A DNA stretch of 64,000 bases from Eledone cirrhosa (GCA_964016885.1 OZ024750.1:17050001-17114000); one strand, 5' to 3'; positions 44,560-60,257 are shown, counted from the stretch's first letter. Notes: generated from the letters alone by a model not told the origin. Made by a program: numbers and translations.

Positions 44560-45237
44560 ATTTTGCTAAACCTAGATGGATATTGATCGGCAAAGTTGAG
44601 CTCAATTGGATTTGAACTCAGATCGTAAAGAGCCACAGTAAATACAGCAAAACTTTGTGCCTGAGGTTTTGATGATTTTGCCTATCAACTCAAATAATCG
44701 TTCCCAATCCAGTCGCACAACTAGCTCCGGGACTTCACTGGTACTTTATTTTATCGACCTCAGAGGGATAAGAGGCAATGCTGGGCTTGACATCATTTGA
44801 ACAATACTGTAAAGCAATTGTTTCTACTTTTGGCACAAGGCCAGCAATTACCTCAGTGCATTACTGGTTCTTTATTTTATCGACCCCATAAGGATGAAAG
44901 GCAAAGTTAACATCGGCAGGATTTGAACTCAGAACGTAAAGGGTCATAACTCTATGCTGCAAAGCATGGCGTCTGACGCTCTACCGATACTGCCAATTCA
45001 TTGCCTTTATACAGTAAAATACAGTAAAATAATGATTTCTGCTATAGGCACAAGGGGGAGGGGAAAATCGATTAAATCGACCCCAGTATGTTACTGGTGC
45101 TTTATTTTATAGACCCCGTAAGGATGAAAAGCAAAGTTAACCTCGGTGGGATTTGAACTTAGACCGTAAAAGGCCGTAACTCTATGATGCAAAGCATGGT
45201 GTCCGACTCTCTACCGATGCTGCCAATCCATCGCCCT
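44560..45237 (-). mobile_element. Cluster of SINE A copies
   Basis: Full copies 44816-45005 and 45030-45237 plus degraded ones. Confidence 0.8.
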
Positions 45238-45385
45238 TATACAGTAAAATACAGTAAAATAATGGTTTCTTATACAGTAAAATAATACCATGAGTAGCGG
45301 TACTAGAAGAAAAGGTCCATCATGAGATTCCTCGAAAGTACCCAGCATCCAAAAATAGAAGAAAAAAAATTAAAGGTTCCTTAAA

Positions 45386-45421
45386 CCCCGATGAAGGGAC
45401 GTTTTTGTCCCGAAATATTGG
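45386..45421 (+). ncRNA. Degenerate minimal hammerhead (U4C)
   Basis: cc CCGATGA a gggac-gttttt-gtccc GAAA TA TT gg. Confidence 0.55.
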
Positions 45422-45619
45422 ACAGATAAAAGTACACCAACATCAAAAGGAAACAAAGATTACCAGGTATCTTTTACTTTTCGTTACCTCATCTTAAAGT
45501 CCATTTTGCATTGTTCAACCTTCTATCTCTTTCAACGTTATATATTATATACAATACTTCAAGCAAACTATATCAATTTATTAAAATTAAGATTGGCTTC
45601 TTCGAAAGCTATCAGTGGA

Positions 45620-48600
45620 AGAAGACCCTTCCAAGTAAACACGATTACACCTGACTATAAGAAGACCCTCCAGTAAAGACACCTACACCTGACTATAAGA
45701 AGACCCCTCCAGTAAACACACATCCACCTGACTATAAAAAGACCCTCCAGTAAAGACACCTACACCTGACTATAAGAAGACCCCTCCAGTAAGCACACAT
45801 CCACCTGACTATAAAAAGACCCTCCAGTAAAGACACCTACACCTGACTATAAGAAGACCTCTCCAGTAAACACAGCTATACCTGACTATAAGAAGACCCC
45901 TCCAGTTAACACACATTCACCTGAATATAAGAAGGCCCCTCCAGTAAACACACATCCACCTGAATATAAGAAGACCCCTCCAGTAAACACACATACACCT
46001 GAATATAAGAAGGCCCCTCCAGTAAACACACATCCACCTGACTATAAGAAGACCCCCCCCAGTAAACACACATTCACCTGACTATAAGAAGACCCCTCCA
46101 GTAAACACACATACACCTGACTATAAGAAGACCCCCTCCAGTAAACACACATCCACCTGACTATAAGAAGACCCCCTCCAGTAAACACACATCCACCTGA
46201 CTATAAGAAGACCCCTCCAGTAAACATACCTACACCTGACTATAAGAATACCCCTCCAGTAAACACACATCCACCTGACTATAAGAAGACCCCTCCAGTA
46301 AACACACACCCACCTGACTATAACAAGACCCTCCAGTAAACACACATCCACCTGACTATAAGAAGACCCCTCCAGTAAAGACACCTACACCTGACTATAA
46401 GAAGACCCCTCCAGTAAACACACACCCACCTGACTATAAAAAGACCCCTCCAGTAAACACACCTACACCTGACTATAAGAAGACCTCTCCAGTAAACACA
46501 CCTATACCTGACTATAAGAAGACCCCTCCAGTTAACACACATTCACCTGAATATAAGAAGGCCCCTCCAGTAAACACACATCCACCTGAATATAAGAAGA
46601 CCCCTCCAGTAAACACACATACACCTGACTATAAGAGGACCCTCCAGTAAACACACATCCACTTGACTATAAGAAGACCCTCCAGTAAACACACCTACAC
46701 CTGACTATAAGAAGACCTCTCCAGTAAACACACATTCACCTGACTATAAGAAGACGCCCTCCAGTAAACACACATCCACCTGACTATAAGAAGACCCCCT
46801 CCAGTAAACACACATCCACCTGACTATAAGAAGACCCCTCCAGTAAACATACCTACACCTGACTATAAGAATACCCCTCCAGTAAACACACATCCACCTG
46901 ACTATAAGAAGACCCCTCCAGTAAACACACACCCACCTGACTATAACAAGACCCTCCAGTAAACACACATCCACCTGACTATAAGAAGACCTCTCCAGTA
47001 AACACACACCCACCTGACTATAACAAGACCTCTCCAGTAAACACACACCCACCTGACTATAAGAAGACCTCTCCAGTAAACACACACCCACCTGACTATA
47101 ACAAGACCCTCCAGTAAACACACATCCACCTGACTATAAGAAGACCCCTCCAGTAAACACACATCCACCTGACTATAAGAAGACCTCTCCAGTAAACACA
47201 CATCCACCTGACTATAAGAAGACCTCTCCAGTAAACACACACCCACCTGACTATAAGAAGACCTCTCCAGTAAACACACATCCACCTGACTATAAGAAGA
47301 CCTCTCCAGTAAACACACATCCACCTGACTATAAGAAGACCCTCCAGTAAAGACACCTACACCTGACTATAAGAAGACCTCTCCAGTAAGCACACATCCA
47401 CCTGACTATAAAAAGACCCTCCAGTAAAGACACCTACACCTGACTATAAGGAGACCCCTCCAGTAAGCACACACCCACCTGACTATAAAAAGACCCCTCC
47501 AGTAAACACACCTACACCTGACTATAAGAAGACCTCTCCAGTAAACACACCTATACCTGACTATAAGAAGACCCCTCCAGTTAACACACATTCACCTGAA
47601 TATAAGAAGGCCCCTCCAGTAAACACACATCCACCTGAATATAAGAAGACCCCTCCAGTAAACACACATACACCTGACTATAAGAAGACCCTCCAGTAAA
47701 CACACATCCACTTGACTATAAGAAGACCCTCCAGTAAACACACACCCACCTGACTATAACAAGACCCTCCAGTAAACACACATCCACCTGACTATAATAA
47801 GACCTCTCCAGTAAACACACACCCACCTGACTATAACAAGACCCTCCAGTAAACACACATCCACCTGACTATAACAAGACCCTCCAGTAAACACACATCC
47901 ACCTGACTATAAGAAGACCTCTCCAGTAAACACACACCCACCTGACTATAACAAGACCCTCCAGTAAACACACATCCACCTGACTATAAGAAGACCCCTC
48001 CAGTAAACACACATCCACCTGACTATAAGAAGACCTCTCCAGTAAACACACACCCACCTGACTATAACAAGACCTCTCCAGTAAACACACACCCACCTGA
48101 CTATAAGAAGACCTCTCCAGTAAACACACACCCACCTGACTATAACAAGACCCTCCAGTAAACACACATCCACCTGACTATAAGAAGACCCCTCCAGTAA
48201 ACACACATCCACCTGACTATAAGAAGACCTCTCCAGTAAACACACATCCACCTGACTATAAGAAGACCTCTCCAGTAAACACACACCCACCTGACTATAA
48301 GAAGACCTCTCCAGTAAACACACATCCACCTGACTATAAGAAGACCTCTCCAGTAAACACACATCCACCTGACTATAAGAAGACCCTCCAGTAAAGACAC
48401 CTACACCTGACTATAAGAAGACCTCTCCAGTAAGCACACATCCACCTGACTATAAAAAGACCCTCCAGTAAAGACACCTACACCTGACTATAAGAAGACC
48501 CTCCAGTAAAGACACCTACACCTGACTATAAGAAGACCTCTCCAGTAAGCACACATCCACCTGACTATAAAAAGACCCTCCAGTAAAGACACCTACACCT

Positions 48601-51352
48601 GACTATAAGAAGACCCCTCCAGTAAGCACACATCCACCTGACTATAAAAAGACCCTCCAGTAAAGACACCTACACCTGACTATAAGAAGACCTCTCCAGT
48701 AAACACACACCCACCTGACTATAACAAGACCCTCCAGTAAACACACATCCACCTGACTATAAGAAGACCCCTCCAGTAAACACACATCCACCTGACTATA
48801 AGAAGACCTCTCCAGTAAACACACACCCACCTGACTATAACAAGACCTCTCCAGTAAACACACACCCACCTGACTATAAGAAGACCTCTCCAGTAAACAC
48901 ACATCCACCTGACTATAAGAAGACCTCTCCAGTAAACACACATCCACCTGACTATAAGAAGACCCTCCAGTAAAGACACCTACACCTGACTATAAGAAGA
49001 CCTCTCCAGTAAGCACACATCCACCTGACTATAAAAAGACCCTCCAGTAAAGACACCTACACCTGACTATAAGGAGACCCCTCCAGTAAGCACACACCCA
49101 CCTGACTATAAAAAGACCCCTCCAGTAAACACACCTACACCTGACTATAAGAAGACCTCTCCAGTAAACACACCTATACCTGACTATAAGAAGACCCCTC
49201 CAGTTAACACACATTCACCTGAATATAAGAAGGCCCCTCCAGTAAACACACATCCACCTGAATATAAGAAGACCCCTCCAGTAAACACACATACACCTGA
49301 CTATAAGAAGACCCTCCAGTAAACACACATCCACTTGACTATAAGAAGACCCTCCAGTAAACACACACCCACCTGACTATAACAAGACCCTCCAGTAAAC
49401 ACACATCCACCTGACTATAATAAGACCTCTCCAGTAAACACACACCCACCTGACTATAACAAGACCCTCCAGTAAACACACATCCACCTGACTATAACAA
49501 GACCCTCCAGTAAACACACATCCACCTGACTATAAGAAGACCTCTCCAGTAAACACACACCCACCTGACTATAACAAGACCCTCCAGTAAACACACATCC
49601 ACCTGACTATAAGAAGACCCCTCCAGTAAACACACATCCACCTGACTATAAGAAGACCTCTCCAGTAAACACACACCCACCTGACTATAACAAGACCTCT
49701 CCAGTAAACACACACCCACCTGACTATAAGAAGACCTCTCCAGTAAACACACACCCACCTGACTATAACAAGACCCTCCAGTAAACACACATCCACCTGA
49801 CTATAAGAAGACCCCTCCAGTAAACACACATCCACCTGACTATAAGAAGACCTCTCCAGTAAACACACATCCACCTGACTATAAGAAGACCTCTCCAGTA
49901 AACACACACCCACCTGACTATAAGAAGACCTCTCCAGTAAACACACATCCACCTGACTATAAGAAGACCTCTCCAGTAAACACACATCCACCTGACTATA
50001 AGAAGACCCTCCAGTAAAGACACCTACACCTGACTATAAGAAGACCTCTCCAGTAAGCACACATCCACCTGACTATAAAAAGACCCTCCAGTAAAGACAC
50101 CTACACCTGACTATAAGGAGACCCCTCCAGTAAGCACACACCCACCTGACTATAAAAAGACCCCTCCAGTAAACACACCTACACCTGACTATAAGAAGAC
50201 CTCTCCAGTAAACACACCTATACCTGACTATAAGAAGACCCCTCCAGTTAACACACATTCACCTGAATATAAGAAGGCCCCTCCAGTAAACACACATCCA
50301 CCTGAATATAAGAAGACCCCTCCAGTAAACACACATACACCTGACTATAAGAAGACCCTCCAGTAAACACACATCCACTTGACTATAAGAAGACCCTCCA
50401 GTAAACACACACCCACCTGACTATAACAAGACCCTCCAGTAAACACACATCCACCTGACTATAATAAGACCTCTCCAGTAAACACACACCCACCTGACTA
50501 TAACAAGACCCTCCAGTAAACACACATCCACCTGACTATAACAAGACCCTCCAGTAAACACACATCCACCTGACTATAAGAAGACCTCTCCAGTAAACAC
50601 ACACCCACCTGACTATAACAAGACCCTCCAGTAAACACACATCCACCTGACTATAAGAAGACCCCTCCAGTAAACACACATCCACCTGACTATAAGAAGA
50701 CCTCTCCAGTAAACACACACCCACCTGACTATAAGAAGACCCTCCAGTAAACACACATCCACCTGACTATAAGAAGACCCCTCCAGTAAACACACATCCA
50801 CCTGACTATAAGAAGACCTCTCCAGTAAACACACACCCACCTGACTATAACAAGACCCTCCAGTAAACACACATCCACCTGACTATAAGAAGACCCCTCC
50901 AGTAAACACACATCCACCTGACTATAAGAAGACCTCTCCAGTAAACACACACCCACCTGACTATAACAAGACCCTCCAGTAAACACACATCCACCTGACT
51001 ATAAGAAGACCCTCCAGTAAACATACATCCACCTGACTATAACAAGACCCTCCAGTAAACACACACCCACCTGACTATAACAAGGACCCTCCAGTAAACA
51101 CACATCCACCTGACTATAAGAAGACCCCTCCAGTAAACATACCTACACCTGACTATAAGAAGACCCCTCCAGTAAACACACCTACACCTGACTATAAGAA
51201 AACCCCTCCAGTAAACACACATCCACCTGACTATAAGAAGACCCCCTCCAGTAAACACACATCCACCTGACTATAAGAAGACCCCCTCCAGTAAGCACAC
51301 ATCCACTTGACTATAAGAAGGCCCCCTCTAAAAGCACAACTTCACCTGACTA
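45620..51352. repeat. 38-40 bp minisatellite (~5.7 kb) with higher-order structure
   Basis: Unit cacctgactataagaagacccctccagtaaacacacatc; variant blocks recur at 1044 and 1623 bp. Confidence 0.97.
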
Positions 51353-51557
51353 TTTACGATTGTTAACAGACGGGAAACTGTCTGTTTTGTTGACAGAAAG
51401 TTGTAGTAAACTTTACCTATGATATGTACAGAACAGTGCTACTGTTATAGAGTTAAACAAGGCTTACCGTGGCATGTAAGTTATTGCTACTGGCTGGCAT
51501 TACATTATCATATATATATATATATATAGGTGTATATATATATATATATATATATAG

Positions 51558-51610
<53 letters not shown>

Positions 51611-51925
51611 ACTCTATATCTTTGATATATTGTTTTTGTTTATGCCACGAAACTACGTAGTCGAGGAATTTAGGAACAGTTTAGGTATGATACATTTTAT
51701 TACTAATTATATCTAAATGTTTCTTCTCTCTTCATAATGTATTTTTAACTCTGATACTGGTTCAGTCTGGTTCAAACTGAATTGGTCTGTCCCAGTCATT
51801 CATTGAGCAACATCGGTGAAGTTGGCACCCTTAACTCACAGTTGGGTGCGGATGCATTCATGTATATATGTGTGTGTCCGCATGTATCTGTGTGTTTCTA
51901 AATGTATTATATATAGGTGTATATA

Positions 51926-51959
<34 letters not shown>

Positions 51960-52063
51960 AAATCAAAGGGATATTTAATTTGTTGGTAATTCAACAAATA
52001 TATTTATAACTGAACAAATATATTTATAACTTGAACCCTTAAGGTATGTCAATATTTATATTG

Positions 52064-52123
52064 TATTTTATCTGATGAGAAATACCAAAGTTTTGGTACC
52101 CTTGAAATATATATAACAGAATA
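52064..52123 (+). ncRNA. Type I hammerhead (TATATA family)
   Basis: tattttat CTGATGA gaaataccaaag-ttttggtaccctt GAAA TATATA TA acagaata. Confidence 0.7.
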
Positions 52124-52286
52124 AATATGGTTTTATAAATATAGTTTCCATTTATTAATATCATTGATTTATATATATATATATATATATACTTTTAAAT
52201 TTGGTGGTTTACCACTGGGTGTTGAAATGTTTGCAGAAATATATAATTAAGGAAGTCCAACATATTTGGCCTCCTATCATTTCACT

Positions 52287-52330
<44 letters not shown>

Positions 52331-52438
52331 GAAAGAAATGCATACAAACATATATAATAAATGAATATATATATATAATATATATATATATTACAATATA
52401 TATATATATATATATATATAACGATAATTTGTTATCCC

Positions 52439-52501
<63 letters not shown>

Positions 52502-52799
52502 CTATATATATACATACACATATATATATATTTGGTAAAGTGTATTTACAAGATTAATATATCCATTTTTTTTTTTTTTGACAAATGAAAAATCTGATAG
52601 TTTGCTCATTTTAAAATTTACAATTGAAAATATAATTTATAGGATTACATATGAAACTATATATACATCTATCTACACACACACATATATACCTATGTAT
52701 ATATATATATGTATATATATATATGTGTGTATATATAAAATTATAAATAGATACATTGTAAATTATCTATTAGATAATTAATAGATAATTTCATAAGTC

Positions 52800-52945
52800 C
52801 ATTACTGGTACTTTATTTTATCGACCCCGTAAGGATGAAAGGCAAAGTTAACCTCGGTGGGAGTTAAACTCAGACCATAAAGGGCCGTAACTCTATGCTG
52901 CAAAGCATGGTGTCCGACTCTCTACTGATACTGCCAATATCATTC
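52800..52945 (-). mobile_element. SINE family A
   Basis: Family body and head. Confidence 0.8.
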
Positions 52946-53036
52946 CCTTAGATATTAATACACTCTATATGAAGTGGTTTATGATACATATACACAGACA
53001 AAGACACACACACATGATACATATACACAGACAAAG

Positions 53037-53081
<45 letters not shown>

Positions 53082-53241
53082 CTAACGTCACCATGGCAAC
53101 AGTTCTATAGAAGATATTAAAATATATATTGAATAATCCTTTTTGCAATAAATATTGTTTCTCCAATTCAAACTCTACCATCTCTCTCTCTCTCTCTATC
53201 TCTCTCTATCTATCTATCTATCTCTATCTCTCACGTCTATC

Positions 53242-53272
<31 letters not shown>

Positions 53273-53491
53273 CTATATCTCTATCTATATCTCTATCTCT
53301 ATCTCTATCTATATTTCTATCTATATCTCTATCTATATCTCTATCTATATCTCTCTCTATATCTCTATCTATATCTCTCTCTATATCTCTCTCTATATCT
53401 ATATCTATATCTATCTCTATATCTCTCTCTATATATATCTCTCTCTCTATATATCTCTCTCTATATATATCTCTCTCTCTCTATATATATA

Positions 53492-53564
<73 letters not shown>

Positions 53565-53607
53565 ACTCGTCTATCTGTCTCTCTATTAATCTCTATCTCT
53601 CTCTCTG

Positions 53608-53646
<39 letters not shown>

Positions 53647-54149
53647 GAGTATGTGTTATAATATAATTGTTTCTACTTTTTGGCACAAGGCCAGCAATTA
53701 CCCAGTATGGTTTCTTATATAAGCACAAGGCCAGTATGTGTTATAATATAGTGACAAAGAACTCAACTTTTAATGTTCCTTCCAATGAAATATTCTCTAA
53801 GTCATCGTTAGACCTGCTAGAAACAGTAGCCTAATCTCCCTGAAATTATAACCTCCCATTTTTAAAAAATGAAGACCTCATTGAAATATGTAATCCTGCT
53901 ATAGAAATCGATAAGTTAGTCGTGGCTAAAACGTTTTTCAGCAAATGATCAACTGATTGGAAGCTGTCCTTGAACAATACATACGAAACACGAACAATTA
54001 GCTATGCCTTGACATTGGGCAAGTTCATTAACACTGTTTACCCTTTAAATCTTAGTTATTGAAGTACAACTATTTTTTTTTTTTTTTTAGTTTGGTGGTA
54101 CATTCACCTCTACCATAGTCTGAAATACTATCATATATTAGTGTTAATA

Positions 54150-55088
54150 TAATAATAATATATACAAATATTCTAACATGCTAAATATAGAAATATGTTA
54201 TTTAGTAATATAGTAATATATAGTAATATAGTAACATACCAAATACCTAACTTACTAATATATTACCATACTAACATGCCAACAGTAACTTATTAATTAT
54301 TATCATGTTATCATACTATTATACTAACATTCTAATATATGAATAAACTAATATATTAATATATTAACATATTAATATATAATATACTAACGTACTAATA
54401 TACTAACATACTAATAGACTAACATACTAATATACTAATACACTAATATATTAATATATTAACATATTAATATATAACATACTAACTTACTAGTATACTA
54501 ACAGACTAATATATTAATACATTAATATATTAATATGTTAACATAGTAATATACATATATACATACTAATATTCTAAAATACTAACATACTAACTTATTA
54601 ATTATTATCATGCTTATATACTAACATACTAATAGACTATCGTACTAAATATCAACATAGTAATATACTAATATTCTAATATACTTATATATATACACTA
54701 AAATACTAATATAATAAAATACCAAAGTACTAACCTACTAGAATATGAATATACTAACATGGTAATATACCAACATACTAATATATAGTAATATACATAT
54801 TAACATTCTAATATTCTAACATACTAACTTACTAATTATTATCATTCTTATATACTAACATACTAATAGACTATCGTACCAAATATAAATATAGTAATAT
54901 ATTAATATTCAAATACACTAAAATACTAATATAATAAAATGCCAAAGTACTAACCTACTGAAATATTAATATACTAACATGGTAATATACCAACATACTA
55001 ATATACTAACACACTAATTTACTAACACTCTATATATACTGATGTACTAATTTTTACTAAAATACTAATAGACAAACATACTAATATC
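54150..55088. repeat. Degenerate AT-rich 8-bp repeat (atactaac/atactaat) with ~235-bp internal duplication
   Basis: Block tatactaacatactaatagactatcgtac...ccaaagtactaacctact occurs twice. Confidence 0.8.
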
Positions 55089-55150
55089 CAGTGCTCTCAG
55101 CATTTCTTGTGCATGTACAATATATTTTGGATACACACATCGTGTGTGTA

Positions 55151-55219
<69 letters not shown>

Positions 55220-55240
55220 ATATATACCCAAAATGTATAT

Positions 55241-55335
55241 ACCCCAAAAATGTATACATACTTTGATTACCTGTACAGACAATAGTTATTAGAATACTGT
55301 TGAAGTGTGTATATAATTTTTGGAGGGACACCCTG
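55241..55335. mobile_element. Tc1/mariner-type MITE (~100 bp), left end degraded
   Basis: Right end ggacaccctg; homolog at 57638-57739. Confidence 0.65.
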
Positions 55336-55439
55336 TGTATATGTGTGTGTATATATATATATATATATATAAAGAGAGAAGGAGAGAAATAAAAACAGAG
55401 AAGGGGAGACAGAAATGTAGAGAGAGAGAGAGATAGAGA

Positions 55440-55744
55440 AAGAAAGAGCTAGACAGAGGGACAAATGTAGAGAGGGAGAGGAGGAAAGAACTAGAGAGAG
55501 GGACAAATGTAGTGAGATTGAGAGAGAGGGGGTGTTTATTTGAGAGGGAAGGAGAGAGAGGGAGAAGTTAAGAGCTAGACAAAGTGACAAATGTAGTGAG
55601 ATAGAGAGAGAGAGGGTATTTATTTGAGAGGGAATGAGAGAGAGAGAGAGAGAGGGAGAGAGAGAGGGAGAGAGAGAAGGAAAGGGCTAGACAGAGGGAC
55701 AAATGTAGTGAGATAGAGAGAGAGAGGGTATTTATTTGAGAGGG

Positions 55745-55780
<36 letters not shown>

Positions 55781-57153
55781 AAAGGGCTAGACAGCGGGAC
55801 AAATGTAGTGAGATAGAGAGAGAGAGGGTATTTATTTGAGAGGGAATGAGAGAGAGAGAGGGGGAGAGAGAGAGAAGGAAAGGGCTAGACAGAGGGACAA
55901 TGTAGTGAGATATAGAGAGAGTGGGGTGTTTATTTGAGAGGGAATGAGAGAGAGAGAGGGGGAGAGAGAGAGAAAGAAAGGGCTAGACAGAGGGACAATG
56001 TAGTGAGATATAGAGAGAGTGGGGTGTTTATTTGAGAGGGAATGAGAGAGAGAGAGAGGGAGAGAGAGAGAGAGAGAAGGAAAGGGCTAGACAAAGTGAC
56101 AAATGTAGTGAGATAGAGAGAGAGAGGGTATTTATTTGAGAGGGAATGAGAGAGAGAGGGAGAGAGAGAGGGAGAGAGAGAAGGAAAGGGCTAGACAGAG
56201 GGACAAATGTAGTGAGATAGAGAGAGAGAGGGTATTTATTTGAGAGGGAATGAGAGAGAGAGAGGGGGAGAGAGAGAGAAGGAAAGGGCTAGACAGAGGG
56301 ACAAATGTAGTGAGATAGAGAGAGAGAGGGTATTTATTTGAGAGGGAATGAGAGAGAGAGGGAGAGAGAGAGGGAGAGAGAGAAGGAAAGGGCTAGACAG
56401 AGGGACAAATGTAGTGAGATAGAGAGAGAGAGGGTATTTATTTGAGAGGGAATGAGAGAGAGAGAGGGGGAGAGAGAGAGAAGGAAAGGGCTAGACAGAG
56501 TGACAAATGTAGTGAGATAGAGAGAGAGAGGGTATTTATTTGAGAGGGAATGAGAGAGAGAGGGAGAGAGAGAGGGAGAGAGAGAAGGAAAGGGCTAGAC
56601 AGAGGGACAAATGTAGTGAGATAGAGAGAGAGAGGGTATTTATTTGAGAGGGAATGAGAGAGAGAGAGGGGGAGAGAGAGAGAAGGAAAGGGCTAGACAG
56701 AGGGACAAATGTAGTGAGATAGAGAGAGAGAGGGTATTTATTTGAGAGGGAATGAGAGAGAGAGAGGGGGAGAGAGAGAGAAGGAAAGGGCTAGACAGAG
56801 GGACAAATGTAGTGAGATAGAGAGAGAGAGGGTATTTATTTGAGAGGGAATGAGAGAGAGAGAGGGGGAGAGAGAGAGAAGGAAAGGGCTAGACAGAGGG
56901 ACAAATGTAGTGAGATAGAGAGAGAGAGGGTATTTATTTGAGAGGGAATGAGAGAGAGAGAGGGAGAGAGAGAGAGAGAGAAGGAAAGGGCTAGACAGAG
57001 GGACAATGTAGTGAGATATAGAGAGAGTGGGGTGCTTATTTGAGAGGGAATGAGAGAGAGAGAGAGGGAGAGAGAGAGAGAGAGAAGGAAAGGGCTAGAC
57101 AGAGGGACAATGTAGTGAGATATAGAGAGAGTGGGGTGTTTATGTGAGAGGGG

Positions 57154-57184
<31 letters not shown>
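55440..57184. repeat. ~98-104 bp GA-rich minisatellite
   Basis: Unit gaaggaaagggctagacagagggacaaatgtagtgagata(ga)n gggtatttatttgagagggaat(ga)n. Confidence 0.95.
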
Positions 57185-57188
<4 letters not shown>

Positions 57189-57637
57189 GACTAGGTATGC
57201 TAACGAGTTAGAATAATACCTGCAACTATGCTAGCAAGTGTGAAAGTTTCTATGTCCTCTATTTACTGATTTACTCCCTGTTACACTTTGCAGGTTGACT
57301 GAGAAATTCTCACCACAACCCCTACACTACACTGCAACTAGGGATGTTAGGACTTTACACAGTAAATAAATGAAGAAATAAACAGGCAAGTGTCTTCTAT
57401 AATAGCCTTGGGTTGCCCAATAAATTGTGAATGGAATTTGATAGATGGAAAGTGCAAATACATGTAGTATATGTATATATGCATATATATATATATATAT
57501 ATATATACACGTGTGTGTGTGTGTGTCTGTGTCTGTGTGTGTGTGTGTAATGTATATACATTGTTGATAAATGAAACAAACAAAACAGAGGAGGATATTT
57601 TAGACTAGGTTCACACATACATATATAAATATATATA

Positions 57638-57737
57638 ATGGGTGCCCCGAAAATGCATACACATTTGGATTACCTGTACAGGCAATATATATTAGAATTC
57701 TGTTGAAGTGTTGATACATATTCTTGGGGACACCCTG

Positions 57738-57739
<2 letters not shown>
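57638..57739. mobile_element. Tc1/mariner-type MITE
   Basis: Ends gggtgccccgaaaat...attcttggggacaccctg-TA. Confidence 0.7.
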
Positions 57740-57795
<56 letters not shown>

Positions 57796-57887
57796 AGTTT
57801 ATCCCGGGTTCAATCGGGGGTAACCACAGCAAGTAAGGTACTCCATAGATAGGAGAGTATAGATATTTAATAAAGGAATATAGAAAC

Positions 57888-57938
57888 GGCTTCTACAGGA
57901 CTAGAACTGTTTCATTCGGGTGAAATCATCAGGAAGCC
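57888..57938 (-). ncRNA. Canonical type I hammerhead (CAG family) within element 57793-57990
   Basis: ggcttc CTGATGA t ttc-accc-gaa t GAAA CAG-ttctagtc-CTG TA gaagcc; three stems, GUA site; inverted partial copy at 57951-57985. Confidence 0.85.
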
Positions 57939-57987
57939 CTAATCAGATGTAACAGTTCTAGTCCTGTAGAAGCCATTTCTATATTAA

Positions 57988-58018
<31 letters not shown>

Positions 58019-58050
58019 TACATACATACATATACGTATAAGAGTATGAG

Positions 58051-58088
<38 letters not shown>

Positions 58089-58370
58089 AGTGGAAGTTTA
58101 GTAAAATCGAAGCTTTGGCTGTGGCCAAGCAAAGTCGACCTACAATAAGGAATGAGTAGCAAAGCACTCAACAAGGGTAGGTCCTTAGAGTAATAATATT
58201 ACGTTTAAAAGCTTGACAAATTGAAAATTGCTGTAGGCAAAACCCAAACATACAATACCAAAAACAACGAAAGAACTAAATATATATATATAAATATAAA
58301 TATATATAACAGTAATGGTTGCATTCTTTAAGGGTATGTCAATATTTATTTATAAAACTGATCTATATTA

Positions 58371-58435
58371 TATTTTATCTGATGAAAGCACACTATAATT
58401 TAACTTGGTGTCCTTGAAATATGTATAATGAAATA
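58371..58435 (+). ncRNA. Type I hammerhead (TATATA family)
   Basis: tattttat CTGATGA aagcacact...ggtgtcctt GAAA tatgta TA atgaaata. Confidence 0.7.
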
Positions 58436-58719
58436 AATATGGTTTTATAAATATAGTTTCCATTTGTTAATATCGTATATATAGATATATATATGTGTGT
58501 ATATATATAGCACATTATGTGACAAGAATATACGTTCAAGTTACCCCATCTATATAATGTATAATTTGAATATTTATAGAAAGTTGATTTTACTAGAGGA
58601 TTGCTCCATATTATGGCCAGCCAATCACAACAGAGCTGTGTAAATATGTAGCAAGATATTTTCCTGGACAGACACACACATACACTTACACACATGCACT
58701 CACACACACAACTAAATAC

Positions 58720-59143
58720 ACACACACACATATATATACATATTTATATACATACATATATAGATACATACATATATATATTTATATACATATATATATA
58801 TATTTATATACATACATATATATATATTTATATACATACATATATATATACATACATATATATATTTATATACATATATATATATATTTATATACATACA
58901 TGTATATATATTTATATACATACATATATATATATTTATATACATACATATATATATATTTATATACATACATATATATATATTTATATACATACATATA
59001 TATATATATTTATATACATACATATATATATATATATTTATATACATACATATTTATATACATGCATATATATATATTTATATACATACATATATATATA
59101 TATTTATATACATACATATATATACATATATGTATATATATTC

Positions 59144-59192
<49 letters not shown>

Positions 59193-59197
59193 CATAC

Positions 59198-59266
<69 letters not shown>

Positions 59267-59757
59267 CATATATATGTATATATATATATATATACATACA
59301 TATATATACATATATGTATATATATATATATACATACATATATATATATACATATATGTATATATATATATATACATACATATATATGTATATATATATA
59401 TATATATATATACATACATATATATACATATATGTATATATATATATACATATATATACATATATGTATATATACATAAATATGTATATATGTATATATA
59501 TGCATACATATATATACATATATGTATATATATATATACATATATCATACATATATATACACATATGTATATATATACATTTATATATATTTATATACAT
59601 ACATATATATACATATATGTGTATATATATATATAAATATATATAAATATATATATATATATATTTATATACATACATATATATATACATATATGTATAT
59701 ATATAATATATATATATAAATATATATATATATGTGTGTATGTATATATATATTAGT

Positions 59758-59836
<79 letters not shown>

Positions 59837-59863
59837 TAGTTAAATATATATATATATATATAG

Positions 59864-59955
<92 letters not shown>
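58720..59955. repeat. (TA)n/(TACA)n microsatellite field
   Basis: Direct. Confidence 0.95.
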
Positions 59956-59957
<2 letters not shown>

Positions 59958-60257
59958 GGAGGGTCATATTGTAATAATATTGCCAGAATTAATAACAGAA
60001 CACGCTCACTGTTTGGTTGGTTTTCGCTTCTGTATCTTTTATATCAGTTAATTTATTTGGTCCTCAATGTTTACCATTGACTGACCAACGGTCAAAAATA
60101 CAGATGTAATATAGACACAAAGACATATATATAGTCTGACAAAGTTCTTTCGTTGCACATCTGCAACATCGCCAGTGGTGCTATTATGTTTCCTCCTGTC
60201 TACGCCATCTTTATTTAATCTGTTTATTTATTTATTTATAAAATTTATGTTTTCTGT

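Noticed and set aside
45620-51352. CRISPR-like periodicity (also 20170-21210)
   Set aside because: Contiguous tandem units without unique spacers; eukaryotic context, no cas genes
57294-57361. Possible exon after ttgcag acceptor (also 51397-51475 before gtaagt)
   Set aside because: Splice-like signals alone; no convincing open frame or homology
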